Source: an uncultured Armatimonadetes bacterium (lineage in GTDB: Bacteria > Armatimonadota > UBA5829 > DTJY01). From it: a stretch of 64,000 nt of DNA. The position numbers and the translations under genes were made by a program. Position 1 is the first letter of the stretch, and each line of letters starts with the position of its first letter. This document shows positions 1-9,933 of this stretch, piece by piece. The stretch spans positions 4,096,001 through 4,160,000 of the forward strand of contig OY970325.1 in the NCBI GenBank assembly GCA_963717145.1. Reading direction: 5' to 3'. Under the pieces are notes generated by a model that saw only the letters and a list, made by a program, of their open reading frames with translations, had not been told where the DNA came from and did no database searches.

Positions 1-47
1 GCGTCAACGGAGTGGGCGTGTCCGCGCTGGTCGATTTCAAGATCTAG
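1..47 (+). CDS. 3' end of a gene, probably paralogous to the next ORF
   Basis: Frame from position 3 reads VNGVGVSALVDFKI*, resembling the C-terminus of 64..807 (VPQTSVTALVDIKL*). Confidence 0.7.
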   Translation, partial: VNGVGVSALVDFKI

Positions 48-63
48 CAGAGGAGGAGGGATT

Positions 64-807
64 GTGATGATCAATCACCGATTACGGATTACCAATCGGA
101 AAAGATTCGCCATCGCGCTGACGATCGTGGTCGGCGCGGTCGGCATGCTGGTCTACGGCATCTCCCAGGGAGACAGCAGACTCATAACTCCGGTCTATGC
201 CGCGGCCAATGCAACTGCCCAGGAGACCACCATAGGCGGCCGGCAGGTGGGTGAGGTTATGGTGGACGGCAAGGCGGTGCTTCGGATCCGTTCGGCTGCC
301 GGCGGGCTTTCGGCGTTCAAGCGGAGTCAGGTCGTGGCAGACAGGCTCAATCAGCTCATGGGCGACTCGATTCAGCCCGAGGACATCACCACGGGGATCG
401 TGAACGGCCAGGAAGTCGTGCTTGCGGGCGGACAGATACTGGTTACAGCCGATACGACTCATGCCAAGCTGAACGGGACGACCCCGAGTATACTCGCCAA
501 TCAGTGGGCAACCAACCTGCGCACGTCATTCAGCGGAGGGGCAATGGCTGTTACCGCCGCCGAACCGACGTCTGAGAAGATCGTTCCGATCATCAGCCTG
601 GGACAGGGTACCAAGATCGGCGGCGCGCAGGTCACCGGCCCGAGAAGCCGCGTGAGAGAAGTGGTGGCCGTTGCACAGGTCGAAGGGACTTTCTCGAGCG
701 TAGCGAGGGTGAGGATTCTCGTTCCGGTCTCGACCGAAAACATCGTCCAGAAGATCACACGCGTCCCGCAGACGAGCGTGACGGCGCTGGTGGACATCAA
801 GCTCTAG
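64..807 (+). CDS. Hypothetical exported or membrane-anchored protein
   Basis: Strong RBS GGAGGAGG upstream; basic then hydrophobic N-terminus; 247 aa. Confidence 0.8.
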   Translation: MMINHRLRITNRKRFAIALTIVVGAVGMLVYGISQGDSRLITPVYAAANATAQETTIGGRQVGEVMVDGKAVLRIRSAAGGLSAFKRSQVVADRLNQLMGDSIQPEDITTGIVNGQEVVLAGGQILVTADTTHAKLNGTTPSILANQWATNLRTSFSGGAMAVTAAEPTSEKIVPIISLGQGTKIGGAQVTGPRSRVREVVAVAQVEGTFSSVARVRILVPVSTENIVQKITRVPQTSVTALVDIKL

Positions 808-815
808 CAGACCGA

Positions 816-883
816 GGTGTTGGGTGTTGGGTGTTAGTCGTCGGGTCCGGATCCCCAACACCCAACACCTACAACCCAACACC
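816..883. repeat. Heptamer tandem repeat (GGTGTTG)n with inverted copies, between convergent genes
   Basis: ggtgttgggtgttgggtgtt ... aacacccaacacc...aacccaacacc. Confidence 0.8.
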
Positions 884-887
884 GTCC

Positions 888-1982
888 TTACGGCTTTCCC
901 TTGAGCAACCCGGCGAAGTAATCCCACACCGGGGGCTTCGTGCCGTCCGGGCGGATCAGCCAGAACCCCCGGCAGTCGGCGTTCGTCGGCCGGCCCTCAT
1001 ACTCGTGTGAGGGCTCGTTGCAGTACAACTCCCAGTAGACGACCCAGCGCGCACCCCAATCGAGGGCGACCTCCGTGGCGCTCTTGATGAACGCCAACTG
1101 CTTCTCGGGCCCGCCGACGTTGTTCTCCGGAGCGCCGTATTCGCCGACGTAGACGTTGTCGCTGCCGTAGAGCTTGCTGTCCGGCATCTGCTTCTTCAGA
1201 TAGTCGAGCGCCTTCCGAAACTTCTCCGGATCCCGCTGAGTGTCCCACGCGGAATACGAGGCGAGATCGCAGTGCGTCTTCGGGAGGACGTTGTTCGCCA
1301 CCGTTGTCTTGCCCTCCATCGCGAGCCCCATGAGGTTGACCTCGGCGGCGTGAGCGACCGTGACCCCGTGCATGCCGACCTCGCGCCGGGCCTTGTCGAC
1401 GCCATCCTGGCGGGCGTTCAGCCAGTCGATCATACCCTGGACGGCCTCAGGGTCGGGCTCCTTCTCGACCTTGACGTCCTTGAGCACCCAGTCGCCCTCC
1501 CAGTTCTGCAGGATGAAGGTCTTGCCCGTGCCCTTATAGGTCGTCAGCAGGTACTTGGTCAGTTCGTAGAACTGCTGTTTCTCGTCAGACGCCATCTCGG
1601 GAGTCATGCCGCCTTTCTTGAACTCATGCCATTCGTGTCCCGGTGCAAATGCCTCCAGGATGTACGTCGTGAACGGTTTGTCGAAGACCTTGCGGAAGTA
1701 CGGAGTCTTCGCGACATCCACGAGCCGCTCGATCTTCGGCCAGTCGGAGTTGAAGGGGTACGACTTCGCGGGCGAAGGGGTAAACCAGAGCTTGATGACC
1801 CGCGTCCCGAGTGCGAGCAGCTTGTCCGCGCCCTCGTTGAGGAAATCCTTGTCGGTGAGGTTGTACTTCCCTGCGACGTGCGCGCTCCCGACGATGTCGC
1901 GCAGGTTCCTATCCTGTGAATCAGCGCCCAATGCCCCGCCTCCTATCGTGATGATCAGCAGTGCCAGAAATGCTGGTTTCAT
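888..1982 (-). CDS. Secreted hypothetical protein, glycoside hydrolase-like TIM barrel
   Basis: Signal peptide MKPAFLALL...; NWE and VYVGEYG resemble clan GH-A catalytic glutamate motifs; start moved to ATG 1982. Confidence 0.6.
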   Translation of the reverse strand: MKPAFLALLIITIGGGALGADSQDRNLRDIVGSAHVAGKYNLTDKDFLNEGADKLLALGTRVIKLWFTPSPAKSYPFNSDWPKIERLVDVAKTPYFRKVFDKPFTTYILEAFAPGHEWHEFKKGGMTPEMASDEKQQFYELTKYLLTTYKGTGKTFILQNWEGDWVLKDVKVEKEPDPEAVQGMIDWLNARQDGVDKARREVGMHGVTVAHAAEVNLMGLAMEGKTTVANNVLPKTHCDLASYSAWDTQRDPEKFRKALDYLKKQMPDSKLYGSDNVYVGEYGAPENNVGGPEKQLAFIKSATEVALDWGARWVVYWELYCNEPSHEYEGRPTNADCRGFWLIRPDGTKPPVWDYFAGLLKGKP

Positions 1983-2025
1983 GCCATCAGTATAGGATGT
2001 GGTCGGGACGAGGTCAAGCGGAACC

Positions 2026-2102
2026 TTCGGAGTGCGGTGGCTTGACACCGCCTTGACGGTTTGACGTGGCCCTAGAGCGGTGTCAAGCCACCGCACTCCG
2101 AA
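2026..2102. repeat. REP-like palindrome (GGAGTGCGG family) overlapping the 3' end of 2072..3610
   Basis: ttcggagtgcggtggcttgacaccgc ... gcggtgtcaagccaccgcactccgaa; a related hairpin lies at about 22968-23009. Confidence 0.85.
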
Positions 2103-3610
2103 GCGAGAAAGTCCGAGTCGAGGGTGTAGACGCCTGTGACGGAGACGATGCTGTCGAGCTGTACCGCGCCGGCCCAGCGGACGGGGACGCCGGTCTCACC
2201 ATCCGAGAGCCGGAAGCCGCCTGGGAGGATCTCGGTCACACGGCCCCACGTCTTCGTCCGGAGGCCGATCATCCTGTTCACTCTCGTGAGCGTCGAGCCG
2301 AGCGGCTCAGGGATGTGCCTCCCCGCGGCATGGAGTGTGCTTGCTGAGGCCGAAAGGATCTTCGCGCCGCCTGGATTCGTGCTCACAGTACCGGTCACGC
2401 TCGCCAGGAGATCGCCGACGTTGTATCCGTTCAGCCCCTGGACCGCGATCGCCGCCGAGCGGTCGGGCGATTGCAGATAGGTCGTGACGCCGTCGCTGCA
2501 GCTAACGACCAGCCGGTTGATCCTGGCCGCGGTTCCATCCGGCAGGAGCTTCGCGATCCCGATCCGATTGAGGTTGTACGGCGAATCGAGCGGATAGCAT
2601 CCGACCCCGGCGCACGGCGAATCGAACCGCAGCCGGAACTCATCGCGGTCGGGCATAAGGAAACGCGGATCGGCGGAGAAGTTGCCCCAGGCCGGCGCCG
2701 CCGGTTTGATCATTCCACCGAGATCGCCGCCCACGTTCCCATACAGGTCGCAGTGGCTGTATGTCAGTGCGGAGGACGTACTCCCGCCGAAGAGACCTCC
2801 TCCGACCGGCGCGGAGTTGAACGCTATGATGCAGTAGTTCAGGATCATCGGCGAGCCGTAGTAGTCATAGCCGCCGCCGCCACTGACCTCGGCGCTGTTG
2901 TAGGCGATCGTGCAGTTCTCGAAATCAGGGCCGGCATGATAGGGTCCGAATACGCCGCCGCCGCTCCCTGTGGCATGATTGCGGACGATGAGGCAGTTTC
3001 GAACGACGGGATAGGAGTGGTACTCGACGTATATGCCCCCGCCGCTCACGGCCTTGTTGTGGATCATCTCGCAGTTGATGATGTCGCCGTAGGAGTACTT
3101 GCCCATGTAGATTCCGCCGCCCCGATTGGTCGCGCGGCAGTTCTCGAACCGGCAGTTGATGATGGTCGCGGTGGTCGTGATCTGGCAGCGAATGCCCCCG
3201 CCGTCGTCCGCCTTGCCGTTCCTGATGGTGATACCTTCGATGGTCACGGAGACTTGTGTTGGGACGTCGATACCTCGTCCCGCACCGCCCGGATCGATGA
3301 TCGTCGGGAACGCCCCGCCCAGACGCTGGCTCAGCGAGGTCTCGTAGCCGAGGAACCCGCCGTACAGCTTGCTGTACTGGGTCATGGTGACCGATTCCCG
3401 GTAGGTCCCGGCTGCGATCCAGTAATCCGAGCCGGTGCCTGTCGCGCTGATGGCCTGCCCGATTCCTGTGTACGCGGTCGCCCACGAGGTCCCATTATGT
3501 ATGGGACCAGGCGCATCGGCATCGACGTAGACGACCGTCGCCCCATGAGCGGCTGAGATGCCCAACAGGCAGAGGAGAAGTGCTATGGTTATCCGTTTGG
3601 ACATGGACAT
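2072..3610 (-). CDS. Secreted right-handed parallel beta-helix protein with a C-terminal beta-rich (OB-like) region
   Basis: Signal peptide; YVDADA..GTSWATAY start; repeated N.A..GGGI motifs. Confidence 0.8.
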   Translation of the reverse strand: MSMSKRITIALLLCLLGISAAHGATVVYVDADAPGPIHNGTSWATAYTGIGQAISATGTGSDYWIAAGTYRESVTMTQYSKLYGGFLGYETSLSQRLGGAFPTIIDPGGAGRGIDVPTQVSVTIEGITIRNGKADDGGGIRCQITTTATIINCRFENCRATNRGGGIYMGKYSYGDIINCEMIHNKAVSGGGIYVEYHSYPVVRNCLIVRNHATGSGGGVFGPYHAGPDFENCTIAYNSAEVSGGGGYDYYGSPMILNYCIIAFNSAPVGGGLFGGSTSSALTYSHCDLYGNVGGDLGGMIKPAAPAWGNFSADPRFLMPDRDEFRLRFDSPCAGVGCYPLDSPYNLNRIGIAKLLPDGTAARINRLVVSCSDGVTTYLQSPDRSAAIAVQGLNGYNVGDLLASVTGTVSTNPGGAKILSASASTLHAAGRHIPEPLGSTLTRVNRMIGLRTKTWGRVTEILPGGFRLSDGETGVPVRWAGAVQLDSIVSVTGVYTLDSDFLASECGGLTPL

Positions 3611-3709
3611 GCTTTCTAAGCAAGCGGTTGACGTGTTTCCGCCAACATAGTATATCCAAAATTGCGAATATCTAACCATCGGGGGCCGGGAATGGGATGT
3701 CAGCCGATC

Positions 3710-4291
3710 CTATTGCTGCTTGCCCTCAATGGAGGCAAGGAGAATCGCGGCGGCCAAGCCCATGCGTCGGTCGAGTGTCTTGTTCCAGTCCGGCGAGAAG
3801 TCCAGGCCGATCTTCGTGACGAACGGGTTGAAGTGGTGCTTGAACTTGAAGACCTCGGTGCCGCCGACGGTCCCATGGAACGACTGGGGAATGAGATTGG
3901 TGGCGAACCGCCTGAGGAGTGCGAGCGCCCAGCTATCCTCCTCGATGATGCCGATCTCGTTGTCCTCGACATCCATGATGACCCACTCGTCCTTCAACAG
4001 CGACTTCACGCCTCTCCGCTTCAACGCGCCGATCTTTTGGTCCGAGGCGGAATCGATGACGTCGTAGGCCGACGAGAAGTCGATGATGTTCCTGGCCTTG
4101 ATGCGGAACAGCTCGGACGACTTGCTCTCGTCGGGATGGATGGTGATGTCTTCCTTCAGCTTGAAGGCCTTCATGCTCGCGAAAAGCGCCAGGCTGCCCG
4201 TGGAATCGTATATCCGGAACGATCCGCCGAATAACTTGAGGACCTGTTTGCGCAGTAGATAAGTGGAATGCTCGAACGGATTTGTGCCCAA
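3710..4291 (-). CDS. LURP-one/scramblase-like (tubby C-terminal fold) protein
   Basis: LLRKQVLKLFGGSFRIYD...AFKLKEDI...IKARNIIDFS pattern; RBS GGAGG. Confidence 0.7.
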   Translation of the reverse strand: MGTNPFEHSTYLLRKQVLKLFGGSFRIYDSTGSLALFASMKAFKLKEDITIHPDESKSSELFRIKARNIIDFSSAYDVIDSASDQKIGALKRRGVKSLLKDEWVIMDVEDNEIGIIEEDSWALALLRRFATNLIPQSFHGTVGGTEVFKFKHHFNPFVTKIGLDFSPDWNKTLDRRMGLAAAILLASIEGKQQ

Positions 4292-4357
4292 AGTCTACCT
4301 CCTCCAAAGGCTGGTTCATGCTAGTTCTTCCACTTTCACCTCGGATATCCTGCATAT

Positions 4358-4390
4358 GAAAAGGCGGTGGCTCTGATCGAACCACCGCCG
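4358..4390 (-). terminator. Intrinsic terminator after the PEP-CTERM gene
   Basis: ggcggtgg..ccaccgcc stem followed by a U-tract on the minus strand. Confidence 0.65.
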
Positions 4391-4425
4391 ATATCTGGGT
4401 CTTTTGTGTTTGAACGAACGGCTTG

Positions 4426-5082
4426 CTAGCCGTTTCTACGTCTCAGCACGAATCCCGCGAGTCCGGTGATGCCGGACACCAGGGCGAGCAAGCTGCTCGG
4501 CTCGGGGACGACTTCGATGTAGGAAGTCGAGCCGGCCGGGCCTTCGACCGCTCCAACGTTTCCACCGTTCATGTTCCATACTACGTTGAAGATCAGGCCG
4601 ACGTTATTCCAGCCTGCATCGATGCCGGACTGGAGATATGAAGTCACGTCGTGTCTCTGCCAGCCTTCGCCGACGCCATTGAGAAAGGCTATCTCGGATC
4701 CGCCGGCTTGGCTGAATCCTGCTGCTACCGCCGAGCCGGGATCTCCGCCATAGAACTGGAGCGAGGTCCCGTTGATCCCGTAGGAATAGAAGTTGAAAGA
4801 AGCGCTGTTCGGACTTAGTGTCTTGCCTGCCAGGGAGGAGATGTTGACGATCACCATTCCTCTCCCTGATTCTCTGTTCTCGCCGTTATGCCAGAACGAG
4901 ACGTTGGTACCGCCGGTGTCCGCCCAGGAGCCATACCACCCGTACCAACTGCGGCCGGCATACCCGTCACCCTCGCCGGTTGGATAGAGCCTCAGCGGCA
5001 CCGGGCTGGCGAATGCCGAGGTGGCGCAGAGCACAAGAGCCATTGCGATCAGGATGATAGCAAACTTCCGAGTTTTCTTCAT
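4426..5082 (-). CDS. PEP-CTERM sorting-domain protein
   Basis: Signal peptide from ATG 5082; C-terminal VPEPSSLLAL...LRRR. Confidence 0.92.
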   Translation of the reverse strand: MKKTRKFAIILIAMALVLCATSAFASPVPLRLYPTGEGDGYAGRSWYGWYGSWADTGGTNVSFWHNGENRESGRGMVIVNISSLAGKTLSPNSASFNFYSYGINGTSLQFYGGDPGSAVAAGFSQAGGSEIAFLNGVGEGWQRHDVTSYLQSGIDAGWNNVGLIFNVVWNMNGGNVGAVEGPAGSTSYIEVVPEPSSLLALVSGITGLAGFVLRRRNG

Positions 5083-5143
5083 GTACAGACCATCCTTTCC
5101 ATGTTTGGAGGACGCAAGACACGAGGCGTCCGAAAACAAACCC

Positions 5144-5160
5144 TGCAATATCCATGCCAA
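5144..5160 (-). promoter_or_regulatory. Sigma54 -24/-12 promoter of the PEP-CTERM gene
   Basis: Minus strand TTGGCATGGATATTGCA, about 60 nt upstream of the ATG. Confidence 0.75.
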
Positions 5161-5283
5161 ACAAGCGATTAATTGAAGATCTGGTAATTCACACAGGTAG
5201 GCATGAGCTGTGCCATATCGGGGTACATACGGTGTGCCGGTCGCCATTTCGCATACCTATCGCATGTTCTGAGGCTTACTGAG

Positions 5284-6096
5284 TTGACCGATTTCTTGAT
5301 GGGACTTAATCCGGTCGTGCAGGCGCTGCTTGCGACGACATTCACATGGGGAGTCACCGCCATTGGCGCGACCGGCGTCTTTTTCATGAAGGAGATCAAC
5401 CATCGGCTGCTCGATGCCATGCTCGGGTTCGCGGCCGGGGTGATGATCGCCGCCAGCTACTGGTCGCTGCTTGCCCCATCGATCGCCCTCTCAGACGAAC
5501 TCGGATTCATAAAGTGGGTGCCGCCCGCTATCGGATTCCTCGCAGGTGGAGGTTTCCTCGCGCTCCTGGACAGGCTGTTGCCGCACGTCCATCCCGAGGA
5601 TCCGGAGGAGCCGGCGGAGGGCCTGAGATCCACGTGGAGACGCAGCCTGCTCCTGATCCTCGCTGTCACCATCCACAATATCCCGGAGGGCATGGCGGTC
5701 GGGGTCGCATTTGGGGCGGCGGCCGCGGGTCTCGGGGGAGCGACCATCGGTGGGGCGATCGCTCTGGCGATCGGCATCGGCCTGCAGAACTTCCCTGAGG
5801 GCCTGATCATCTCTATGCCGCTTCGGAGGGAGGGGTTCTCCCGCCTCAAGAGCTTCTGGTACGGCCAGCTCTCCGCCATCGTCGAGCCGATGGCGGGTGT
5901 GATCGGCGCCGTAGGGGTGCTCTACGCTCGATGGATGCTTCCATTTGCGCTGGCGTTCGCTGCCGGAGCGATGATCTTCGTGGTGGTCGAGGAGTTGATC
6001 CCCGAGGCACAGTCGAGCCACAATGCCGACGTCGCCTCCATCGGAACGATGGTGGGCTTCACGGTGATGATGGTCCTCGATGTAGCGTTTGCCTAA
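5284..6096 (+). CDS. ZIP (ZupT/GufA) family metal transporter
   Basis: HNIPEG and QNFPEG motifs, multiple TM helices; start uncertain (TTG 5284 or ATG 5299). Confidence 0.9.
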   Translation: MTDFLMGLNPVVQALLATTFTWGVTAIGATGVFFMKEINHRLLDAMLGFAAGVMIAASYWSLLAPSIALSDELGFIKWVPPAIGFLAGGGFLALLDRLLPHVHPEDPEEPAEGLRSTWRRSLLLILAVTIHNIPEGMAVGVAFGAAAAGLGGATIGGAIALAIGIGLQNFPEGLIISMPLRREGFSRLKSFWYGQLSAIVEPMAGVIGAVGVLYARWMLPFALAFAAGAMIFVVVEELIPEAQSSHNADVASIGTMVGFTVMMVLDVAFA

Positions 6097-6098
6097 GA

Positions 6099-6321
6099 CG
6101 GTGCATTCGAGTTGAGTGGGCGGCGATCCGACCGTCTCTCGTTATGGTTTCGGGGCCTCCAGAGACGCGGAGGCCGTCCGCAGACGGACGCAGAGAGAAA
6201 CCTACTCGAGACTAGACGGGGCTGGGGACTGGGGAGTCCGGCAGACCACCCAACCGTTCTCCTCGAGTAGCCACTCTGGTGGCATAACGAGAGGCTGCAC
6301 CCACTCTGCGGAAATGCACCC
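6099..6321. mobile_element. MITE with ISKra4-like termini (copy 1)
   Basis: Ends GGTGCATTCGAGTTGAGTGGG / CCCACTCTGCGGAAATGCACCC; inverted homolog at 36899-37074; no clean target duplication. Confidence 0.8.
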
Positions 6322-6331
6322 CCTACGTCCA

Positions 6332-6360
6332 TTGACGCATCGAGGCCCTTCGCGTACAAT
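6332..6360 (+). promoter_or_regulatory. Sigma70-type promoter
   Basis: TTGACG-N17-TACAAT, 19 nt before ATG 6380. Confidence 0.65.
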
Positions 6361-6379
6361 GCCGCTGGAGGACCCACCG

Positions 6380-7828
6380 ATGCGTTTTCTATTCTTCGCA
6401 CTGCTTGCTCTCATCACCATGATCCCCGCGAGCCTGTATGCCGAGGACCTGATCGCCGGGAATCCGCCGTTCCGACGGCTCTTCCTCGATGCGATGGTGA
6501 CCGAGGAGTCTCAGGGCCTCACGCGCGTATTCCACTCCGCCGAGAAGCACCCCGGCAATCCCGTCATGCGTACCACCGAGGCGTGGGAAGGCTGGGGGCC
6601 GTATCTCTACGGCACAGTGCTGCGGGACGAGGGGCGGCTCAAGATGTGGTACTCCTGCATCGGCTCAGACAGCGGGTATACGTGCTACGCCGAGTCCACG
6701 GATGGCATCACCTGGACCAAGCCGAAACTCGGGATCGTCGACTTCAAGGGATCGACCGCGAACAACATCGTCGGCACAATGGGCCTCCCGAGCGTGATGA
6801 AGCTCGGAGACAAGCGATGGGCGATGTACTCCTGGGGCGGCGACTCGGGTGCGCAGGTCATGTTTTCCGAAGACGGTCTGCGCTGGACTCAGGGCAAGAC
6901 GAAGCTCTTCCCGACCTCCGACGTCGTCAACTTCTTCTACGACCCGTATCGGGAGCGCCATGTCTCGACCTACAAGGTCGCGAACCGCCGGCACAGGGCG
7001 ACCGGCCTCGCGGTCTCCAGCGATGGATTGGAGTGGAGCAAGCCGGTCGAGGGGCCGGTCTTCGGCGCGGATGACCTCGACCCGGACGCCTCCCAGGTCT
7101 ACGGCATGCCGGTGTTCCCGTACCAGGGCATGTATGTCGGCCTGCCCTGGATCTATCACGCGCGATGGATGAAGTATGGCGACTATGACTCGCCGAAGAA
7201 GATGTACGAGGCACAGGAAGGGAGTCCGTGCACCGTAGATGTCCAGATGACGTGGGGCTGGAACCTCATCCAGTGGAATCGAACGCCCGACCGGAAGCCG
7301 TTCATCGCCCTCGGGCCGGACGGAAGCTGGGACGACGGCATGATCTACACCGCCCGCGCGCCGGTCGTCATGGGCGACAAGCTCGGGTTCTACTACGGCG
7401 GATTCGATCAGGTCCACGATGACTACAAGGATGTCCACGGCGCGATCGGGCTGGCGACCCTCCGGCTCGATGGATTCTGCTCCATGCGCGCCGGGGTCAA
7501 GGAGGGATGGCTGATCAGCCGGCGGGAGGTCTTCCGTACCCCCAGAGTCACGATCAACGCGAAGACCGCCCCGACCGGCTTCGTCGCGGCCGAGCTGCTC
7601 GATCGGAACAACAACGTCATCCCCGGCTTTTCACGAGCCGACTGCATCCCATTCACGGGCGACTCGGTCCGAGGCACGATCGAATGGAAGACAGAATCGT
7701 TCCCGAAGAAGCTGATCGACGCCGACAAGAAGGTCCGCTTCTTCGTCAAGAACGCCGATCTCTATTCCTACCTCCCGGCGGACATCGACATGGCGAAGGA
7801 CGACGGTCGAATCTGGATGGACAAGTGA
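6380..7828 (+). CDS. Secreted five-bladed beta-propeller glycoside hydrolase-like protein (GH32/43/130-like)
   Basis: Signal peptide; K.PGNPV, Asp-box S.DG..W repeats, LATLRLDGF C-terminal motif. Confidence 0.75.
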   Translation: MRFLFFALLALITMIPASLYAEDLIAGNPPFRRLFLDAMVTEESQGLTRVFHSAEKHPGNPVMRTTEAWEGWGPYLYGTVLRDEGRLKMWYSCIGSDSGYTCYAESTDGITWTKPKLGIVDFKGSTANNIVGTMGLPSVMKLGDKRWAMYSWGGDSGAQVMFSEDGLRWTQGKTKLFPTSDVVNFFYDPYRERHVSTYKVANRRHRATGLAVSSDGLEWSKPVEGPVFGADDLDPDASQVYGMPVFPYQGMYVGLPWIYHARWMKYGDYDSPKKMYEAQEGSPCTVDVQMTWGWNLIQWNRTPDRKPFIALGPDGSWDDGMIYTARAPVVMGDKLGFYYGGFDQVHDDYKDVHGAIGLATLRLDGFCSMRAGVKEGWLISRREVFRTPRVTINAKTAPTGFVAAELLDRNNNVIPGFSRADCIPFTGDSVRGTIEWKTESFPKKLIDADKKVRFFVKNADLYSYLPADIDMAKDDGRIWMDK

Positions 7829-7841
7829 GCGGACACAACGT

Positions 7842-7891
7842 GTAGCCTAGGGCTTTATGCCCGTCGAGGATGCCCACAAGGGGTAGGCTAC
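7842..7891. repeat. GTAG-type REP-like palindrome
   Basis: gtagccta...taggctac. Confidence 0.6.
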
Positions 7892-7915
7892 GAGTATCGC
7901 CGAGGAAGGTGAAAG

Positions 7916-9496
7916 ATGACGGAACCGGTAAGCAGAAGAGGATTCCTGAAAGGTTCGCTCGCGGGAAGTGCAATCGTGGGCATGGGCGGCATATCCGCAT
8001 TCGGCGCACCGATTGAAAATGGAGGCACGAGCATGGCATCTAGGTATGACAGCCAGACACCAAAGGGCGAGATCTCGCACAGGTTGCTCTTCTTCGAGGC
8101 GCCGAACGAGGCATACGGCATCCACCATGCCTATGCGCCGGTGACGAAGGTCGAGTGCCGCGTGGACGACGGCGGGCTCGGCTGGTCGTGCATCGACTTC
8201 GGCGATCCGATCGAGATCGGCGGCACGTACCGATGTTATGGGACCGTGCGGACTCCCGACGAGAAGTTCATGGGCATCGCCCTGTGGGAATCCAATGATG
8301 CGCTCGAGTGGACGCCGGTCACCCTCGGCCAGGTCAAGCGGGACGGCAAGGAAACGAACCTCATCGAGTTCGAGAACCTGCCCGGCGACCAGACCGCGGT
8401 GTCGCTCCCGAACGTCATCCGGCTGAACGATGGCCGCATGCGGATGTACTTCTGGAAGCACCGCGACGGTCATCTGCGCTACCTGATCGCCGAGAGCGAA
8501 GACGGCCGCCGCTGGCGGGTCCTCGATGTCGACAAGCCGGCGCTGTTCCATCCCCATGACGGCGGCCTGTGGAAGCTTGCGGAGGGCCTCTCAAGACACG
8601 AAGCGCCTGAGATCAAGCTCACGCCGGAGGAATTCCTGAGACGCAAGCGGCTCTGGAGCAACGACTCGACGCATATCCACTACAATCCGCAGCTCGACCG
8701 CTTCGAATGCTACTCGGTCTGGCTCCATCCCGCGATCCCCGACCGGCGGGTCGATGTCGACAACGCACCCGGCATCCACCGCCTCATCCATCGCCGATTC
8801 AGCGCGGACGGCCTCGAATGGAGCGACGCCGAATTGATCATCATGCCGGACGACGGAGATCCGTGGGACCTGCAGTTCTACTTCCTGAGCGTCCATCGCC
8901 AGGCGGACTGGATGATCGGTCGGGTGGGATACTACCGCGTGGCCGATGGGATGCAGACGACGGACACCGACCTCTGCTTCTCCCGCGACGGCCGAAACTG
9001 GGAGCGTCCCGTGCGCGGTGGGTGGATTCCCCGCTCGAATGAGGGCCTCGATACGATGGGCATCTACGCAGCCGGCGCATTGGTCGATCGCGGCGACCGA
9101 TGGCTCACCCTCTACAGCGGGACACCCGTGCCGCACAACAACGGCAGGTATCGATCGGGCGTGATGGGAGCCACGTTTGCGAAGAACCGATTCGTCGGAC
9201 TGGAAGCCGATCGCACGCGGGGCGGGTTCATGACGGAGCCGTTCTTCCCGGCGGGAGAGACAATCCGCCTGGACGCGGACATCCGGGGCTCTCTGAGGGC
9301 TGAGTTGTGTGATGCGTTCGGCCGCAAGCTCGAAGGGTTCCATCTCATGGATTCGACGCCGATCCAGGGCGACTCCGAGGCCCACATCCTCCGATGGAAG
9401 GAAGCATCGACCGCCGACCACCGCTTCGAGTGCTTGCGCCTCCGGTTCGAGTACACCGACGGCGTCGTCTACGGCGTGGACTTCTCGGCGGGATGA
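7916..9496 (+). CDS. Tat-exported beta-propeller hydrolase-like protein, related to the upstream gene
   Basis: SRRGFLK twin-arginine motif; S.DG..W repeats; similar C-terminal AEL.D...GF...D..P..GDS. Confidence 0.75.
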   Translation: MTEPVSRRGFLKGSLAGSAIVGMGGISAFGAPIENGGTSMASRYDSQTPKGEISHRLLFFEAPNEAYGIHHAYAPVTKVECRVDDGGLGWSCIDFGDPIEIGGTYRCYGTVRTPDEKFMGIALWESNDALEWTPVTLGQVKRDGKETNLIEFENLPGDQTAVSLPNVIRLNDGRMRMYFWKHRDGHLRYLIAESEDGRRWRVLDVDKPALFHPHDGGLWKLAEGLSRHEAPEIKLTPEEFLRRKRLWSNDSTHIHYNPQLDRFECYSVWLHPAIPDRRVDVDNAPGIHRLIHRRFSADGLEWSDAELIIMPDDGDPWDLQFYFLSVHRQADWMIGRVGYYRVADGMQTTDTDLCFSRDGRNWERPVRGGWIPRSNEGLDTMGIYAAGALVDRGDRWLTLYSGTPVPHNNGRYRSGVMGATFAKNRFVGLEADRTRGGFMTEPFFPAGETIRLDADIRGSLRAELCDAFGRKLEGFHLMDSTPIQGDSEAHILRWKEASTADHRFECLRLRFEYTDGVVYGVDFSAG

Positions 9497-9933
9497 GCGC
9501 CGCCCCTGGGCATCCGATGGAGGCCATGGCAGTCGGTGCACACGGCGTTGGAGAGAATCAGCCGCCCGTGGGGTCGGCGTTTGCCCTTCCATTCGGCCAG
9601 GAACTTGGCGACGGCATCCGGCTTCTTGTGCGCCACATGGCACTTCTTGCAGAACGGCTCCACCTCCGCTCGCCCAAAGAGGACATCCGGCTTGGCGGCG
9701 GCTTCCTCGTCATTCATGTGCTCGTAGGAGACGCCGTGACAATGCGCGCACGTCGTGCCCCGCTTGAGGTGGGTTGCGGCGATCTGCTCGCTCTCGAAGT
9801 TGATGTGGCAGACCAGGCACCCGCTGTTGTCCTTCGGCATCTTCGGCGCGCCACTGTTAACCACAGCCGCGAGGATCGGCACTGAGACTCCCAGCGCGAT
9901 CAGTAGCATACCGGCCAGCTTGCTTCGATTCAT
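9469..9933 (-). CDS. Tetraheme c-type cytochrome (c3-like)
   Basis: Signal peptide; CLVCH, CAHCH, CKKCH, CTDCH. Confidence 0.85.
   Translation of the reverse strand: MNRSKLAGMLLIALGVSVPILAAVVNSGAPKMPKDNSGCLVCHINFESEQIAATHLKRGTTCAHCHGVSYEHMNDEEAAAKPDVLFGRAEVEPFCKKCHVAHKKPDAVAKFLAEWKGKRRPHGRLILSNAVCTDCHGLHRMPRGGAHPAEKSTP

Noticed and set aside
6116-6379. N-terminal extension of the 570-aa ORF
   Set aside because: Translated MITE sequence; the promoter, RBS and signal peptide point to ATG 6380
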